64,000 nt of DNA from Alphaproteobacteria bacterium (GCA_965220745.1 CBDCQT010000007.1:64001-128000), one strand, 5' to 3'. Counted from the stretch's first letter, positions 9,740 through 19,662 are shown. Made by a program: numbers and translations. The notes: generated from the letters alone by a model not told the origin.

Positions 9740-10186
9740 GGCGCGGTGTCCCTTCGGTCGGCGGATTGGTCACGGAATTGCAGAGGAAGGCCGGCAGTAT
9801 CGCCGATGCGGCGCCGGGCCGGCAAGGCACGCCCCGGTGCTTGCCCCGCTCGAACGCGCGCGTGTGGGATGGCAAACAAAAATTTGTTGCGGCATTTGCC
9901 GGGATTAAACGGGATAAGTGCGATGTCAGGCATGTGCGTCTCGCAAGCCCGAAAGGCCTAGCCCGCCGCAACAAGGCCGCACACGTGAAATCAAGGGTCC
10001 CCCGCGCGACACCGGGTCTTGCTGCCCTGCGCCACGCTCTGCTCTCCTCAAACCATAAGCCGCTCACGCACCTCATGGCGCAACGATGGTGCCCCTGCCG
10101 CTCGCCGTGCACCGCACCATGGTGCGGGCAAGCGATGCGCGCCCGCGATCTTTCAGGCGCGGGCGACTGCCGTGCTAGGCTAAGCC

Positions 10187-10906
10187 ATGCGCGACCGGGG
10201 AGGGGCGCGGGGCAGGGGTCCCGATCGCCGGACTGTCTGTGCGGCCGGAGCGGCGGCCCTTCTTGGCCTTGCGGTCTCACCAGGCACAGCCGGGGCCCGG
10301 ACCTTTCAAGAGGACACGGAACGCCGCGTGCCCATCCGCAATCTGTGGACCGGGGAGCGGCGCGATCTGGTCTACTGGCGCGACGGCAGCTACGACCGTC
10401 ACGCGCTCGACGCGTACAGCTACCTGTTCCGCGACCGGCGCAACGGCGAGGTCGAGCCGATCTTCTACGGCGTGCTCGATCAGCTCTTCTTCCTGTGGAA
10501 GGCGCTCAGCCGGCCGGCGCGGATCGACCTCGTTTCGGGCTACCGCTCGGGCAGAACGAACGCGTGGCTCCGCGCGAACTCCGCAGGCGTCGCCCGCAGC
10601 TCGTTGCATACGATCGGCATGGCGGCGGACATCAGGGTGCCCGGCCTCGCCGCCGAGGCGGTGTGGCGCGCGGCCGTGGACATGCGGCGGGGCGGCGCCG
10701 GCCTCTACCCGGCATCCGACTTCGTCCACCTCGACGTGGGCCCGGTGCGCAGCTGGGTTTATGGGGAACGGGCACGGCCCCGCGTGGCGGCCTCGGGAGA
10801 GGCACCGCTTCCACCCGAGCGCCCCCTTCGGTCGCGCCCACCGGCGTCAGGCGAGGTCGTGCTTCCGCCTGAGCGTCCCGATCATCTCCGCCGTCATGGC
10901 GGCTAG
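10187..10906 (+). CDS. YcbK/DUF882 (peptidase M15, MepK-like) exported protein
   Basis: Twin-arginine-like signal (DRRTVC...AGA), SGYRS, SLH..GMAAD, FVHLDVG. Confidence 0.85.
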   Translation: MRDRGGARGRGPDRRTVCAAGAAALLGLAVSPGTAGARTFQEDTERRVPIRNLWTGERRDLVYWRDGSYDRHALDAYSYLFRDRRNGEVEPIFYGVLDQLFFLWKALSRPARIDLVSGYRSGRTNAWLRANSAGVARSSLHTIGMAADIRVPGLAAEAVWRAAVDMRRGGAGLYPASDFVHLDVGPVRSWVYGERARPRVAASGEAPLPPERPLRSRPPASGEVVLPPERPDHLRRHGG

Positions 10907-11803
10907 GTCGTAGCGCGGCTGCCAGTCCCACTCCTCGCGGGCGGCACTGTCGTCCATCGAATCCGGCCATGAATCCGCGATGGCCTGTTTCAGCGGGTCT
11001 ACCTCGTAGTCGATCGTGAAGCCGGGCACGTGCCGTCGAATCTCGGCGGCAAGCTCTTCGGGCGTGAAGCTCATGGCGGTCACGTTGAAGGCGTTGCGGT
11101 GGCGGAGCCGGATCGGATCGGCCGCCATCAGGTCCAGGATCGCGGCCACCGCATCGGGCATGTACATCATGTCGAGGCGGGAATCGGGGCGCAGAAAGCA
11201 GGTAAATCGGCCCTCTCGCAGCGCCTCGTAGAAGATGTGCACCGCATAGTCGGTGGTGCCGCCGCCCGGCAGCGCCACATGGGAGATCAGGCCCGGCAGC
11301 CTGAGCCCCCGCGTATCGAGCCCGAAGCGCGCGTGGTAGTAGTCGCCGAGCAGCTCGCCCGCGACCTTGGAGACGCCGTAGATGGTGTTCGGCCGCTGGA
11401 TCGTGTCCTGCGGCGTGTTCTGGAGCGGCGTGCCCGGCCCGAAGGCGCCGATGGAGCTCGGGAAGAACACCGCGCAGTCGTGCCGCCGCGCCACCTCCAG
11501 CGCGTTGGCGTAGCCGCCGAGATTGAGCGCCCAAGCCTCCTCCGGCTTCTCCTCGCCGAGCACCGAGAGGAACGCCGGCATGTGGTAGATGGTGCCGATC
11601 TCGTATTTCTCGACCACTGCCGTGATATCGCCCGGCTTGGTGCAATCAACGATCTCGAACGGCCCGCCGTCGACGACCGACGCTACGTCCCGCCGCCGCC
11701 AGCCGGAGGCGATGACGTTCTTGGCCCCGTGGCGCTCCCTGAGCTCCGGCACCAGCTCCGCGCCGATCTGCCCAAGCGCGCCGGTAACGAGAATCTTGCG
11801 CAT
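10847..11803 (-). CDS. SDR-type L-threonine 3-dehydrogenase / NAD-dependent epimerase
   Basis: ILVTGALGQIG, PSSIGAFG, YGVSK, PGGGTTDYAV, QAIADSWP. Confidence 0.85.
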   Translation of the reverse strand: MRKILVTGALGQIGAELVPELRERHGAKNVIASGWRRRDVASVVDGGPFEIVDCTKPGDITAVVEKYEIGTIYHMPAFLSVLGEEKPEEAWALNLGGYANALEVARRHDCAVFFPSSIGAFGPGTPLQNTPQDTIQRPNTIYGVSKVAGELLGDYYHARFGLDTRGLRLPGLISHVALPGGGTTDYAVHIFYEALREGRFTCFLRPDSRLDMMYMPDAVAAILDLMAADPIRLRHRNAFNVTAMSFTPEELAAEIRRHVPGFTIDYEVDPLKQAIADSWPDSMDDSAAREEWDWQPRYDLAAMTAEMIGTLRRKHDLA

Positions 11804-11852
11804 GGGCTGAGGCTAAGGGGTCGCGGACAGCCGGTCCAGCCCGCCGCTGTGA

Positions 11853-12854
11853 TCAGTAGAAGCGGTCGAAGAAGATGCGCTCGGGCTTCACCTTGCCGCA
11901 GCGCATGACCGGCCGGAGCAGCGCGTCGATCAGCCCCGGCGGCCCGGCCATGTAGAAGTCGCAGTCGTCGAGGTCTTCCAGCGCCGCCAGCGCGACATCG
12001 CCGACGAGGCCGGTAACCGTACCTGGCGCACCACCATCGCGGACAGCCAGCGTGAGCGAGAAGCGATCGTGCGCAGCTTCGAGCGCCTGCATCTCGTCCA
12101 CCATGAAGAGCTCCTCGGCCGTGTTCGCGCCGAAGAAGAGCCGGACGCCGGGGGTTTCGGGCCGGGCAAGCGCCCCCTCGATCACCGAGAGTATCGGGGC
12201 AAGCCCGGAGCCGCCGGCGACGCAGACGATCTCCCGCTCCAGTGGGATACGCAGGTAGGCCCGGCCGTAGGGCCCCTCCAGGCTCACCGTGTCGCCTTGG
12301 GCGAGTTCGTCGAAAAGATAGCGGGAGGCATGGCCGCCCGGCTTCTCCTTGACGATGAAGACCAGCGTCTCCGCTTCCGTGTTCGCCATCGAGTAGGCGC
12401 GGCGCTGGCCGCCCGGTACCTGCAGCAGCACGTACTGCCCGGGCAGGAAAGGCACCGGCTGCGCTGGCCGGCAGCTGAACGCAATCACGCCCGGCACCAA
12501 CCGCTCCAGCGTCTCCACCGTCGCCGTGAACGGCGCCGGCGCCGGCTCCTCCCGCGCGCCCTCCACTGGGCCGAGGCGCACCTGCACCGTGCAGTCGCCC
12601 GTGGGCAGCGCCTGGCAGCAGAGGATGCGGTCGCCCTTGCGCCGGTCGCGCTCGCTCAGCCCGGTTGCGTCCGCCCAGATGTGCTCCACCGCGCCCTCCA
12701 GGAGCCGCCCCTTGCACGAGCTGCAGCTCCCGCTCGCGCACTCGTAGGGCATGGCGAAGCCCGCCGCGAGCCCTGCCCGCAGGATGGTCTCGCCGGGGTC
12801 GCAGGAGAAGCTGTCGCCGGATGGCTCCAGCCTGATCGTCACGGGCTCGGTCAT
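11853..12854 (-). CDS. 2Fe-2S / FAD / NAD(P)H oxidoreductase (oxygenase reductase-like)
   Basis: CASGSCSSC...LCC plant-type ferredoxin domain, RRAYSMA, GPYG, AGGSGLAP, YMAGPP, FFDRF. Confidence 0.88.
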   Translation of the reverse strand: MTEPVTIRLEPSGDSFSCDPGETILRAGLAAGFAMPYECASGSCSSCKGRLLEGAVEHIWADATGLSERDRRKGDRILCCQALPTGDCTVQVRLGPVEGAREEPAPAPFTATVETLERLVPGVIAFSCRPAQPVPFLPGQYVLLQVPGGQRRAYSMANTEAETLVFIVKEKPGGHASRYLFDELAQGDTVSLEGPYGRAYLRIPLEREIVCVAGGSGLAPILSVIEGALARPETPGVRLFFGANTAEELFMVDEMQALEAAHDRFSLTLAVRDGGAPGTVTGLVGDVALAALEDLDDCDFYMAGPPGLIDALLRPVMRCGKVKPERIFFDRFY

Positions 12855-12857
12855 GGT

Positions 12858-13772
12858 TCAGCCCGTTGTCGGAGCGTCGAGCGCCTGTGCCGGCAGGTGC
12901 GCCCGATACCAGGAGAGCGTCGCCGCCATGACCTCGCCGAAGGCGGGCTCGGTATAGACGTCGTAATGCCCATAGCCCTTGAGCACGACGAGCTTCTTGG
13001 GCTCGCCGGCGTGGCGGTAGAGGGAGCGCGATTCCTCCGGCGGCACCAGGCGGTCGTCCTCGGTGGTGATGAGGAGGAGGGGCCGCGGGGCGATCTTGTC
13101 CACAACCCAGTCGGCGTGGAAGGAGAGCGTCTCGTCGATGAAGGAGGCCGGCACGGTGGAGACCGCATCGGGATTGTTCGCCCGCTGCGCAGCCGAGAGC
13201 GCGGCGGATGCGCGATCCTGCATCAAAATCTCGTCGCGCTCGGCGAGCGCGGACTCGCCACTCACCACCGCCTGCTCCCGATCCTCGCGCGCTCGCGCGA
13301 GCAGGTCGTGCCATTCGTCCGGCCGGCGCACGCTCCGCATCCAGCGCCGCCCGTCGCCGACTCCCACCACGCTCACCACGCAGCGCACCCGCTCGTCCAG
13401 CGCTGCCGCCCAGACCACGGTGGCGCCGCCATAGCTCGTGCCGTAAAGGCCGAGGTGCGTCGGATCCACGCCGGGCCGGGTTCCGAGGAAGGTGAGCGCA
13501 GCCTGCACGTCGGCGACGCGGCTGAACGGCGCGAGCCGGGTGCGCGGCCCTTCGCTCGCGCCCCAGCCCTTGTAGTCGAAGGTGAGCACCACGTAGCCCG
13601 CCTCAGTCAGCACCCGCGCGTTGTCGGGCAGGTAGAGGCTCTTCACGCCGGTGTAGCCGTGGCAAAGCACGATACCCGCGCGCAACTCGACCGTGTCCGC
13701 ACCCTTGGGCCGATAGAGATCGCCCTCGAGCCGGACGCCCTCGCTGTAGAAGCTCACGTTTTCGCAGGTCAT
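12858..13772 (-). CDS. alpha/beta-fold hydrolase
   Basis: VLCHGY, FDYKGWGASEG, GTSYGG nucleophile motif, GHYDVY. Confidence 0.85.
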   Translation of the reverse strand: MTCENVSFYSEGVRLEGDLYRPKGADTVELRAGIVLCHGYTGVKSLYLPDNARVLTEAGYVVLTFDYKGWGASEGPRTRLAPFSRVADVQAALTFLGTRPGVDPTHLGLYGTSYGGATVVWAAALDERVRCVVSVVGVGDGRRWMRSVRRPDEWHDLLARAREDREQAVVSGESALAERDEILMQDRASAALSAAQRANNPDAVSTVPASFIDETLSFHADWVVDKIAPRPLLLITTEDDRLVPPEESRSLYRHAGEPKKLVVLKGYGHYDVYTEPAFGEVMAATLSWYRAHLPAQALDAPTTG

Positions 13773-13817
13773 GGTGGGTGCCTGATGTCACGCCATCGCG
13801 CCGATGTCCACGAAAAC

Positions 13818-13829
13818 CTGTCGATACAG
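13818..13829. promoter_or_regulatory. short palindrome in a divergent intergenic region (possible GntR-type operator)
   Basis: CTGTCGATACAG between the divergent hydrolase and flavin oxidoreductase genes. Confidence 0.3.
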
Positions 13830-13906
13830 AAGGTGTTATCGTTGCCGGCCGTGCCGCGGGCGGCGCGGCGTGTCGGCTCGCGGCCGCAGTCGTCACGGGG
13901 AGCGCG

Positions 13907-15901
13907 ATGACGCAACCGGAACACTTCCCCCACCTGTTCAGGCCGGCGCGCCTCCGGGGGCACACGCTCAAGTGCCGCATCGTCTTCGGCGCGCACACCG
14001 CGAACATGGCGGAGGGCGGGCTGCCGGCCGAGCGTCACTTCGGCTACTACCGGGAGCGTGCGCGTGGCGGCGCCGGCATGATCGTGGTCGAGCCGACCCC
14101 GCCGCATCCAACGGCAATCCTCACGCGCGGCAATTTCTTGGCCGACGACGCGGTGATCCCCCACTTCCGCAGGATCACCGACGAGTGCCACAGCCACGGC
14201 ACCGTCATGTGCCACCAGATCTATCACGTCGGCGCCCACGGCGATCAGGACAACTCCTGGTCGCCCTACTGGTCCCCCTCCGGCCAGGTCAGCCACCACG
14301 ACCCCTGGGGCAGCCACGCCATGAGCGAGGCGGAGATCCGCGAGCTGATCCAGGCCTTCATCGACCAGGCGGTGCGCGACCAGAAGGGCGGCTTCGACGG
14401 GGTCGACCTCTTCGCGGGCTACTCCTGCCTGATCGACCAGTTCTGGTCGCCGCTCACCAACCGGCGCGACGATGCCTGGGGCGGCAGCCTGGAGAACCGG
14501 CTGCGTTTCGTGACCGAGATCGCGGGCGGCATCCGCAAGGCCTGCGGGCCGGATTTCATCGTCGGCATGACCGTCTCGGGCGCCGAGCCCTACCCCGGTG
14601 GCCTCACCATGGCCGACAAGCAGGAGATCTTCGCCTGGCTCGACGAGCGCGGCCTTGCGGACTACTTCTCCTGCGGCACCGGCAGCTACATCAACAGGTT
14701 CACGGCCATCGTGCCGGGCTTCCACTACGCGGCGCCGCTCGGCACGGAGGACGCCGCCGCCATCAAGCAGGTGGTGAAGCACGCGCTGGTCACCGCCGAA
14801 GCGCGCATCAAGACGCCCGCACGCGCCGAGGCCGCCATCGCGAGCGGCTGCTGCGATCTGGTCTCCATCGTGCGCGGGCAGATCGCCGACCCACACCTCG
14901 CCAACAAGGCGCGCGAGGGTCGCGCGGACGACATCCGGCCCTGCATCTCCTGCAACCAGCTCTGCCTCGGGCGGCGCATGCGGGACTACCACATCTCGTG
15001 CCTGGTCAATCCCTCCGCCGGCCGCGAGTTCGCGTGGGATGGCGACAGCGCCCCGCCCGCCGAGACGCCTCGCCACGTGCTGGTGGTGGGCGGCGGCTCG
15101 GCCGGGCTGGAGACCGCCCGTGTCGCGGCTGAGCGTGGGCACCGCGTCACGCTGGTGGAAAAGGCGGCGATGCTCGGCGGGCAGTTCCGCCTCGCCGCCG
15201 CGCAGCCAGAGCGGGAGGAGATCGACGAGCTGCTGGGCTGGTACGGGACTCAGCTTGAGAAGCTGCAGGTCCGGGTCGTGCTGGGTACGGAGATGACCGC
15301 CGACGCCATTCGAGGCTTCGGCGCCGACGCGGTCGTGCTCTCCACCGGGTCGGTGCCGACACGCACGGGGTTCCAGCGGGCGCTTCCCCACGTCGATGCC
15401 CTTCCCGGCGTCGAGCAAGAGAACGTCTGCTCCGTGAATGACGTTCTGGACGGCACCGCCCGGCCCGGCGAGCGGGTGCTTCTTCTAGACGACCTCAACG
15501 GCTGGTGGCCCGCATCCGGTACCGCGCTCCACCTCGCCGAGCGGGGCCATGCCGTGACCGTCGTCACCGCCTCCGAGAAGCCTGCGGAAGCGCTCGACAA
15601 CTCGCATCTCGGCTCGAGCACGCGCGAGCGCTTCGCCAAGCTGGGCGTCACGGTCGTCTGCGCCGGCGCGCTGACACGCTGGGCCGGCAGCACAGCCATC
15701 ATCGTGAGCCTTCACACCGGCGAGGAACGGCAGGTGGAAGCCGACAGCCTCGTTCTGGCGACCACCAACACGGTCGACGACGGGCTCGCCCGCGCGCTCG
15801 CCGACGACGAGATCGAGGTCCACACCGCGGGCGACATGGTCGCGGCGCGCACCGCGAGCATGGCCTTCTACGAGGGCCGCATGCTCGGCATGAGGCTGTA
15901 G
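13907..15901 (+). CDS. FMN/FAD-dependent oxidoreductase, Old Yellow Enzyme barrel + FeS + FAD domain (TMADH / DgcA / StcD-like architecture)
   Basis: RERARGGAGMIV, TNRRDDAWGGSLENRLRF, CISCNQLC, CLVNP, VVGGGSAGLE. Start chosen at ATG 13907 after a GGGGAG RBS. Confidence 0.85.
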   Translation: MTQPEHFPHLFRPARLRGHTLKCRIVFGAHTANMAEGGLPAERHFGYYRERARGGAGMIVVEPTPPHPTAILTRGNFLADDAVIPHFRRITDECHSHGTVMCHQIYHVGAHGDQDNSWSPYWSPSGQVSHHDPWGSHAMSEAEIRELIQAFIDQAVRDQKGGFDGVDLFAGYSCLIDQFWSPLTNRRDDAWGGSLENRLRFVTEIAGGIRKACGPDFIVGMTVSGAEPYPGGLTMADKQEIFAWLDERGLADYFSCGTGSYINRFTAIVPGFHYAAPLGTEDAAAIKQVVKHALVTAEARIKTPARAEAAIASGCCDLVSIVRGQIADPHLANKAREGRADDIRPCISCNQLCLGRRMRDYHISCLVNPSAGREFAWDGDSAPPAETPRHVLVVGGGSAGLETARVAAERGHRVTLVEKAAMLGGQFRLAAAQPEREEIDELLGWYGTQLEKLQVRVVLGTEMTADAIRGFGADAVVLSTGSVPTRTGFQRALPHVDALPGVEQENVCSVNDVLDGTARPGERVLLLDDLNGWWPASGTALHLAERGHAVTVVTASEKPAEALDNSHLGSSTRERFAKLGVTVVCAGALTRWAGSTAIIVSLHTGEERQVEADSLVLATTNTVDDGLARALADDEIEVHTAGDMVAARTASMAFYEGRMLGMRL

Positions 15902-15906
15902 CGCAC

Positions 15907-16845
15907 GTGCCAGAGCCTGCACCGCGCGGCAGCGCACACGCGCTCCTTTGGCCGGCGGTTCTGCTGGTCGTTTCCGCCCTAGGCTGGGGCATCCTCTATT
16001 CGCTCAACCGGCTGGCGACCACCGACGGTATTCCCTTCATTCCCTACGTCTTCTGGATGGGGACCGGCGCCGCGCTCATCCTGCTGGCATTCGGCGTGGC
16101 GTTCCGCACGCTGCCCAAGCTCTCGTGGGAGCACATGCGCGGCTACCTCGTGCTCGGCACGATCTCCTTCGGCATGACCTACACGGTGCTGGCCTTCGTC
16201 GCGCCCAAGGTGCCGGCGGGCGTGCTCGGGCTCGGCGCGACGCTCACGCCCATTCTCACCTATCCGGCCGCCGCGCTCTTCCGCATGGACCGCTTTCGCG
16301 CGATCCGCACCGTCGGGCTGGTCCTGGGCGTCGGCGGCGTGGCGCTCGTGGTCGTGCCCGAGACCAGCCTGCCCAGCCGCGACATGGCGCCCTGGGTGCT
16401 GCTGAGCTTCGTCGGCCCGGTGCTCTACGTCGCGAACGCGCTGATCATCTCGTGGCTCAAGCCGCCGGCCTCGGGCGCGCTGCCGCTCGCCGGCGGCATA
16501 CTCGCGACCGGAGCCGCCTTCATGTTCGTCGTGATGGCGGCGACCGGCCAGTGGTGGTGGTTCGAGGGGCCGATGACCGACGGCGACTGGGCGCTGGCCG
16601 CCGCGGCGGGCACCACGGCCTTGGTCTTCTACCTGATGGTGGAGATCATCCGTCTCGCGGGGCCCGTCTTCTTCACCACCGTCAATTTCATGATCCCGCT
16701 GACCGGGATCGGCTGGGGCGTGCTCTTCTTCGGCGAGAGCCACAGCTACTGGATCTGGCTCGCGCTCGTGCTCATGCTCGCAGGCCTCTTCCTGGTCAAC
16801 CGGCCGGCCGCCCCGCGCGCGAAGGCATCCGATCCGGCGCCTTGA
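15907..16845 (+). CDS. DMT/EamA family transporter
   Basis: About 10 hydrophobic helices; AGPVFF...WGVLFFGE. The start is approximate. Confidence 0.82.
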   Translation: MPEPAPRGSAHALLWPAVLLVVSALGWGILYSLNRLATTDGIPFIPYVFWMGTGAALILLAFGVAFRTLPKLSWEHMRGYLVLGTISFGMTYTVLAFVAPKVPAGVLGLGATLTPILTYPAAALFRMDRFRAIRTVGLVLGVGGVALVVVPETSLPSRDMAPWVLLSFVGPVLYVANALIISWLKPPASGALPLAGGILATGAAFMFVVMAATGQWWWFEGPMTDGDWALAAAAGTTALVFYLMVEIIRLAGPVFFTTVNFMIPLTGIGWGVLFFGESHSYWIWLALVLMLAGLFLVNRPAAPRAKASDPAP

Positions 16846-16899
16846 CGCACCCGCCGCTCTGGGCGCAATTTGGGCCTGAAGCGCGAAAGGGAGCGGCCC

Positions 16900-17697
16900 A
16901 TGAAGCTCACGGCCGAACAGTGCGAAAGCCTGGATCGCGAAGGATTTCTCTTCCTGCCGGACCTGTTCTCGGCCGAGGAAGCCGCCGCGTTGCGCGCGGC
17001 GCTGCCGGCCGTCTTCGCGCACGAGGGGCCGGAAATCGTGCGCGAGCGCAATGGCGCCGTGCGCACCGCCTTCGGCGTCCACACCTACAGCGACATCTAC
17101 TGGCGGCTTTCCCGCCATCCGCGCCTGGTCGAGCCCGCGATGCAGATCCTCGGCGGGCCGGTCTACATCCACCAGTTCAAGGTGAACGCCAAGGCCGCCT
17201 TCGACGGCGACGTCTGGCAGTGGCACCAGGATTACGGCACCTGGTCGCGGGACGACCTGATGCCCGAGCCCCGGGCCATGAACCTTGCCGTCTACCTGGA
17301 CCCGGTGAACGAGTTCAACGGCCCGCTGATGTTCATTCCGCGCTCGCACCGGCGCGGCCGGATCGAGGCCGGTCACGATCTCGAGACCACGAGCTACCCG
17401 CTCTGGACCGTCGACAACGAGACCATCGAGAAGCTGGTGGCGGAAGGCGGCATCGTGGCACCCAAGGGAGAGCCCGGTGCGGCGCTGCTCTTCCACTGCA
17501 ATCTGGTGCACGGCTCCGCGCCCAACATGTCGCCCTGGGGCCGTCGCGCGGTCTATTTTTCGGCCAACCGGGTGGACAATGCGATCCGGCGCTTCCAGCG
17601 GCCGGAGTACATCGCGCACCGGGATTTCACCCCGGTCGAGCCGCTTGACGACGATTGCCTGCTGTCGGAACCCGCGCGCACCGCCGCCGCCCAATAG
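16900..17697 (+). CDS. Fe(II)/2-oxoglutarate dioxygenase, PhyH family (ectoine/proline hydroxylase-like)
   Basis: HQFKVNAK, WQWHQDYG (HxD), NGPL, LVHGSAPN, RR. GGGAG RBS. Confidence 0.87.
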   Translation: MKLTAEQCESLDREGFLFLPDLFSAEEAAALRAALPAVFAHEGPEIVRERNGAVRTAFGVHTYSDIYWRLSRHPRLVEPAMQILGGPVYIHQFKVNAKAAFDGDVWQWHQDYGTWSRDDLMPEPRAMNLAVYLDPVNEFNGPLMFIPRSHRRGRIEAGHDLETTSYPLWTVDNETIEKLVAEGGIVAPKGEPGAALLFHCNLVHGSAPNMSPWGRRAVYFSANRVDNAIRRFQRPEYIAHRDFTPVEPLDDDCLLSEPARTAAAQ

Positions 17698-17725
17698 TCT
17701 TCACGTTTCTTAGACCACAGTCCTG

Positions 17726-18643
17726 ATGCGGCGCCGCGGGCCGCTTTCTCTCCCGATCTTCCTGCTGTTCACGATCGGGGCGGTCTATCCGCTCATCTTC
17801 ACCATGAACAAGATCGCGGTGGAGGCAGGGACGCCGCCGGTCGCCTTCACCTTCTGGCAGACGCTCGGCGCCGCGGTTCTGCTGCTGATCCTCGCTGCGT
17901 GGCGGCGCGCGCTCCCGCGCTTGGGGGCCCGGCATCTCAAGGCTTATTTCGTGCTCGGGCTCTTCGGCATCGCCGCGCCGATCGCGCTGATCACCTGGCT
18001 CGCGCCGAAGCTGCCGACCGGCATCCTCTCCATGGTGGTGATCCTCTCGCCGCCGATCACCTATCTGATCGCGCTCGCGCTCCGGCTGGAACGGGTACGC
18101 GCCTTGAGCCTGATCGGCGTGCTGTGCGGTGTGGTCGGCATCCTCCTGATGGCAATCCCGACGTTTTCCCTGCCCGAGCCCGGCATGGTGGTGTGGTTCC
18201 TGCTCGCCCTGCTGGCACCCGCCTCCTTCGCGCTGACCAACAACCTCGCGGCCCTGATCGACCCGCCGGAGACACCGGTGCTCACCTTCGCGAGCGGCAT
18301 CGTGACGGCGGCGGCGATCCTGCTGGCGCCGGTGATGATCGGGCTCGGCGAGACCTACGTGGTGCCGGGGCCGGACACCGTCGCCGACCTCGCGATCCTG
18401 GGCGCCGCAGGCGTCACCATCACCATGTACATCACCTTTCTGATCATCGTGCGCGCGGCCGGCCCGGTGTTCTTCTCGCAGTTCAACTACGTGGTGGTGG
18501 TGGCCGGCCTCGGCTGGGGCATTCTCTTCTTTCAGGAGAGCCACAGCGCCTACGTCTGGGCCGCTGCGGTGCTGATGCTGGCGGGCGTCGCGCTCCTGAT
18601 CCACGCGGCCAGGCGCCAGCCGGAGACACCGGCGGAGCCGTAG
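17726..18643 (+). CDS. DMT/EamA family transporter
   Basis: About 10 TM helices; AGPVFFSQ...WGILFFQE. Paralog of the gene at 15907. Confidence 0.85.
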   Translation: MRRRGPLSLPIFLLFTIGAVYPLIFTMNKIAVEAGTPPVAFTFWQTLGAAVLLLILAAWRRALPRLGARHLKAYFVLGLFGIAAPIALITWLAPKLPTGILSMVVILSPPITYLIALALRLERVRALSLIGVLCGVVGILLMAIPTFSLPEPGMVVWFLLALLAPASFALTNNLAALIDPPETPVLTFASGIVTAAAILLAPVMIGLGETYVVPGPDTVADLAILGAAGVTITMYITFLIIVRAAGPVFFSQFNYVVVVAGLGWGILFFQESHSAYVWAAAVLMLAGVALLIHAARRQPETPAEP

Positions 18644-18647
18644 CCTT

Positions 18648-18896
18648 CTATCTCTCGGGCGGCAGGATCTCTTGCACGCACACTTGGTCGATCACGTGGG
18701 CGCGGCCGATGTCCGCAAGGTGGGCGCGCTTGTGATCGTTGCTGAGCGCGGCGCCGATGCCTTGCGTCATCGCCAGCACCAGGGAGCGGTCGCTCATGTC
18801 GAGCCAGAAGGCGCGGCGGATCAGCTTGCCGTCCGCATCGCGTGCGAAGGGATCGTCCGGATTCATGCCAAGATCGGGTTCGTAGAACCTGCCCAT
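18648..18896 (-). CDS. hypothetical 82-aa protein
   Basis: MGRFYEPDLG...QEILPPER; 10 bp downstream of the isochorismatase gene with a GAGGGG RBS; normal codon usage. Confidence 0.65.
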   Translation of the reverse strand: MGRFYEPDLGMNPDDPFARDADGKLIRRAFWLDMSDRSLVLAMTQGIGAALSNDHKRAHLADIGRAHVIDQVCVQEILPPER

Positions 18897-18906
18897 GCGC
18901 CGCCCC

Positions 18907-19662
18907 TCACTCGGCCGCGGCGCGCGCTGCGCTGCCACCTGCGATCTCGTCCAGCATCGCCATCGTGTCCGCGACCGTCGGGATCACCGCGGCGAAACCG
19001 CCCCTGAGCGAGGCCAAAGTCGCGTCGTGCGATTCCTGGCTGAAGCCCGCCACCGCCTCGTCGATCAAGGCGCAGGCGAAGCCCCGGTCCGCCGCGTCGC
19101 GCACGGTGGTCTCGACGCAGTAGTTGGTGACGCAGCCGGTGACCAGCAGGGTATCGATCCCCATCTCGCGCAGCAGGTTCTCGAAGTTGGTGCTGTTGAA
19201 GGCCCCAAAGCTCCGCTTCTGGAACACGGTCTCGCCGTCTGCCGGCGTCAGCTCCTCGAGGATCCGGTAGGTGGGCGATTCGGTCCAGTAGAAGTCGGCC
19301 ATGCCAGAGCGTTCCTGCAAATCGAGAATCCAGTGCCGCATCCGCTTGTTGAAGTCGCGCAGGTCGCGGTGGCTGGAGCCGACCACCACGTGGATCACTT
19401 GGAGGTCGGTGGCGCGCGCGTGATCGAGCAGTCGGCGGATTGCCGGCACCACGGTCGCCAGTCGCTCGGCATAGTAGGCGGTGGAGCCGGGATAGAGCTT
19501 TTCCAGCGCGGCGACGACGCCTTGCTCCGCATGGGCGTCGTGATATTGCATGTCGATCACGATCAGCGCCGTTCGCCCGAGGTCGATATCGATCGGCGGC
19601 AGCAATGTCACCTCACCGGCGGGCTGGTGGAAGTATTTGTCCTCGATGGCGCCCATGGGCAT
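18907..19662 (-). CDS. isochorismatase-family cysteine hydrolase
   Basis: ALIVIDMQ, KRSFGAF, GCVTNYCVETT (D-K-C triad). Confidence 0.88.
   Translation of the reverse strand: MPMGAIEDKYFHQPAGEVTLLPPIDIDLGRTALIVIDMQYHDAHAEQGVVAALEKLYPGSTAYYAERLATVVPAIRRLLDHARATDLQVIHVVVGSSHRDLRDFNKRMRHWILDLQERSGMADFYWTESPTYRILEELTPADGETVFQKRSFGAFNSTNFENLLREMGIDTLLVTGCVTNYCVETTVRDAADRGFACALIDEAVAGFSQESHDATLASLRGGFAAVIPTVADTMAMLDEIAGGSAARAAAE

Noticed and set aside
16900-17697. Calling the dioxygenase ectD
   Set aside because: It has WQWHQD rather than the EctD FxWHSDFETWH signature, and no ect genes are nearby.
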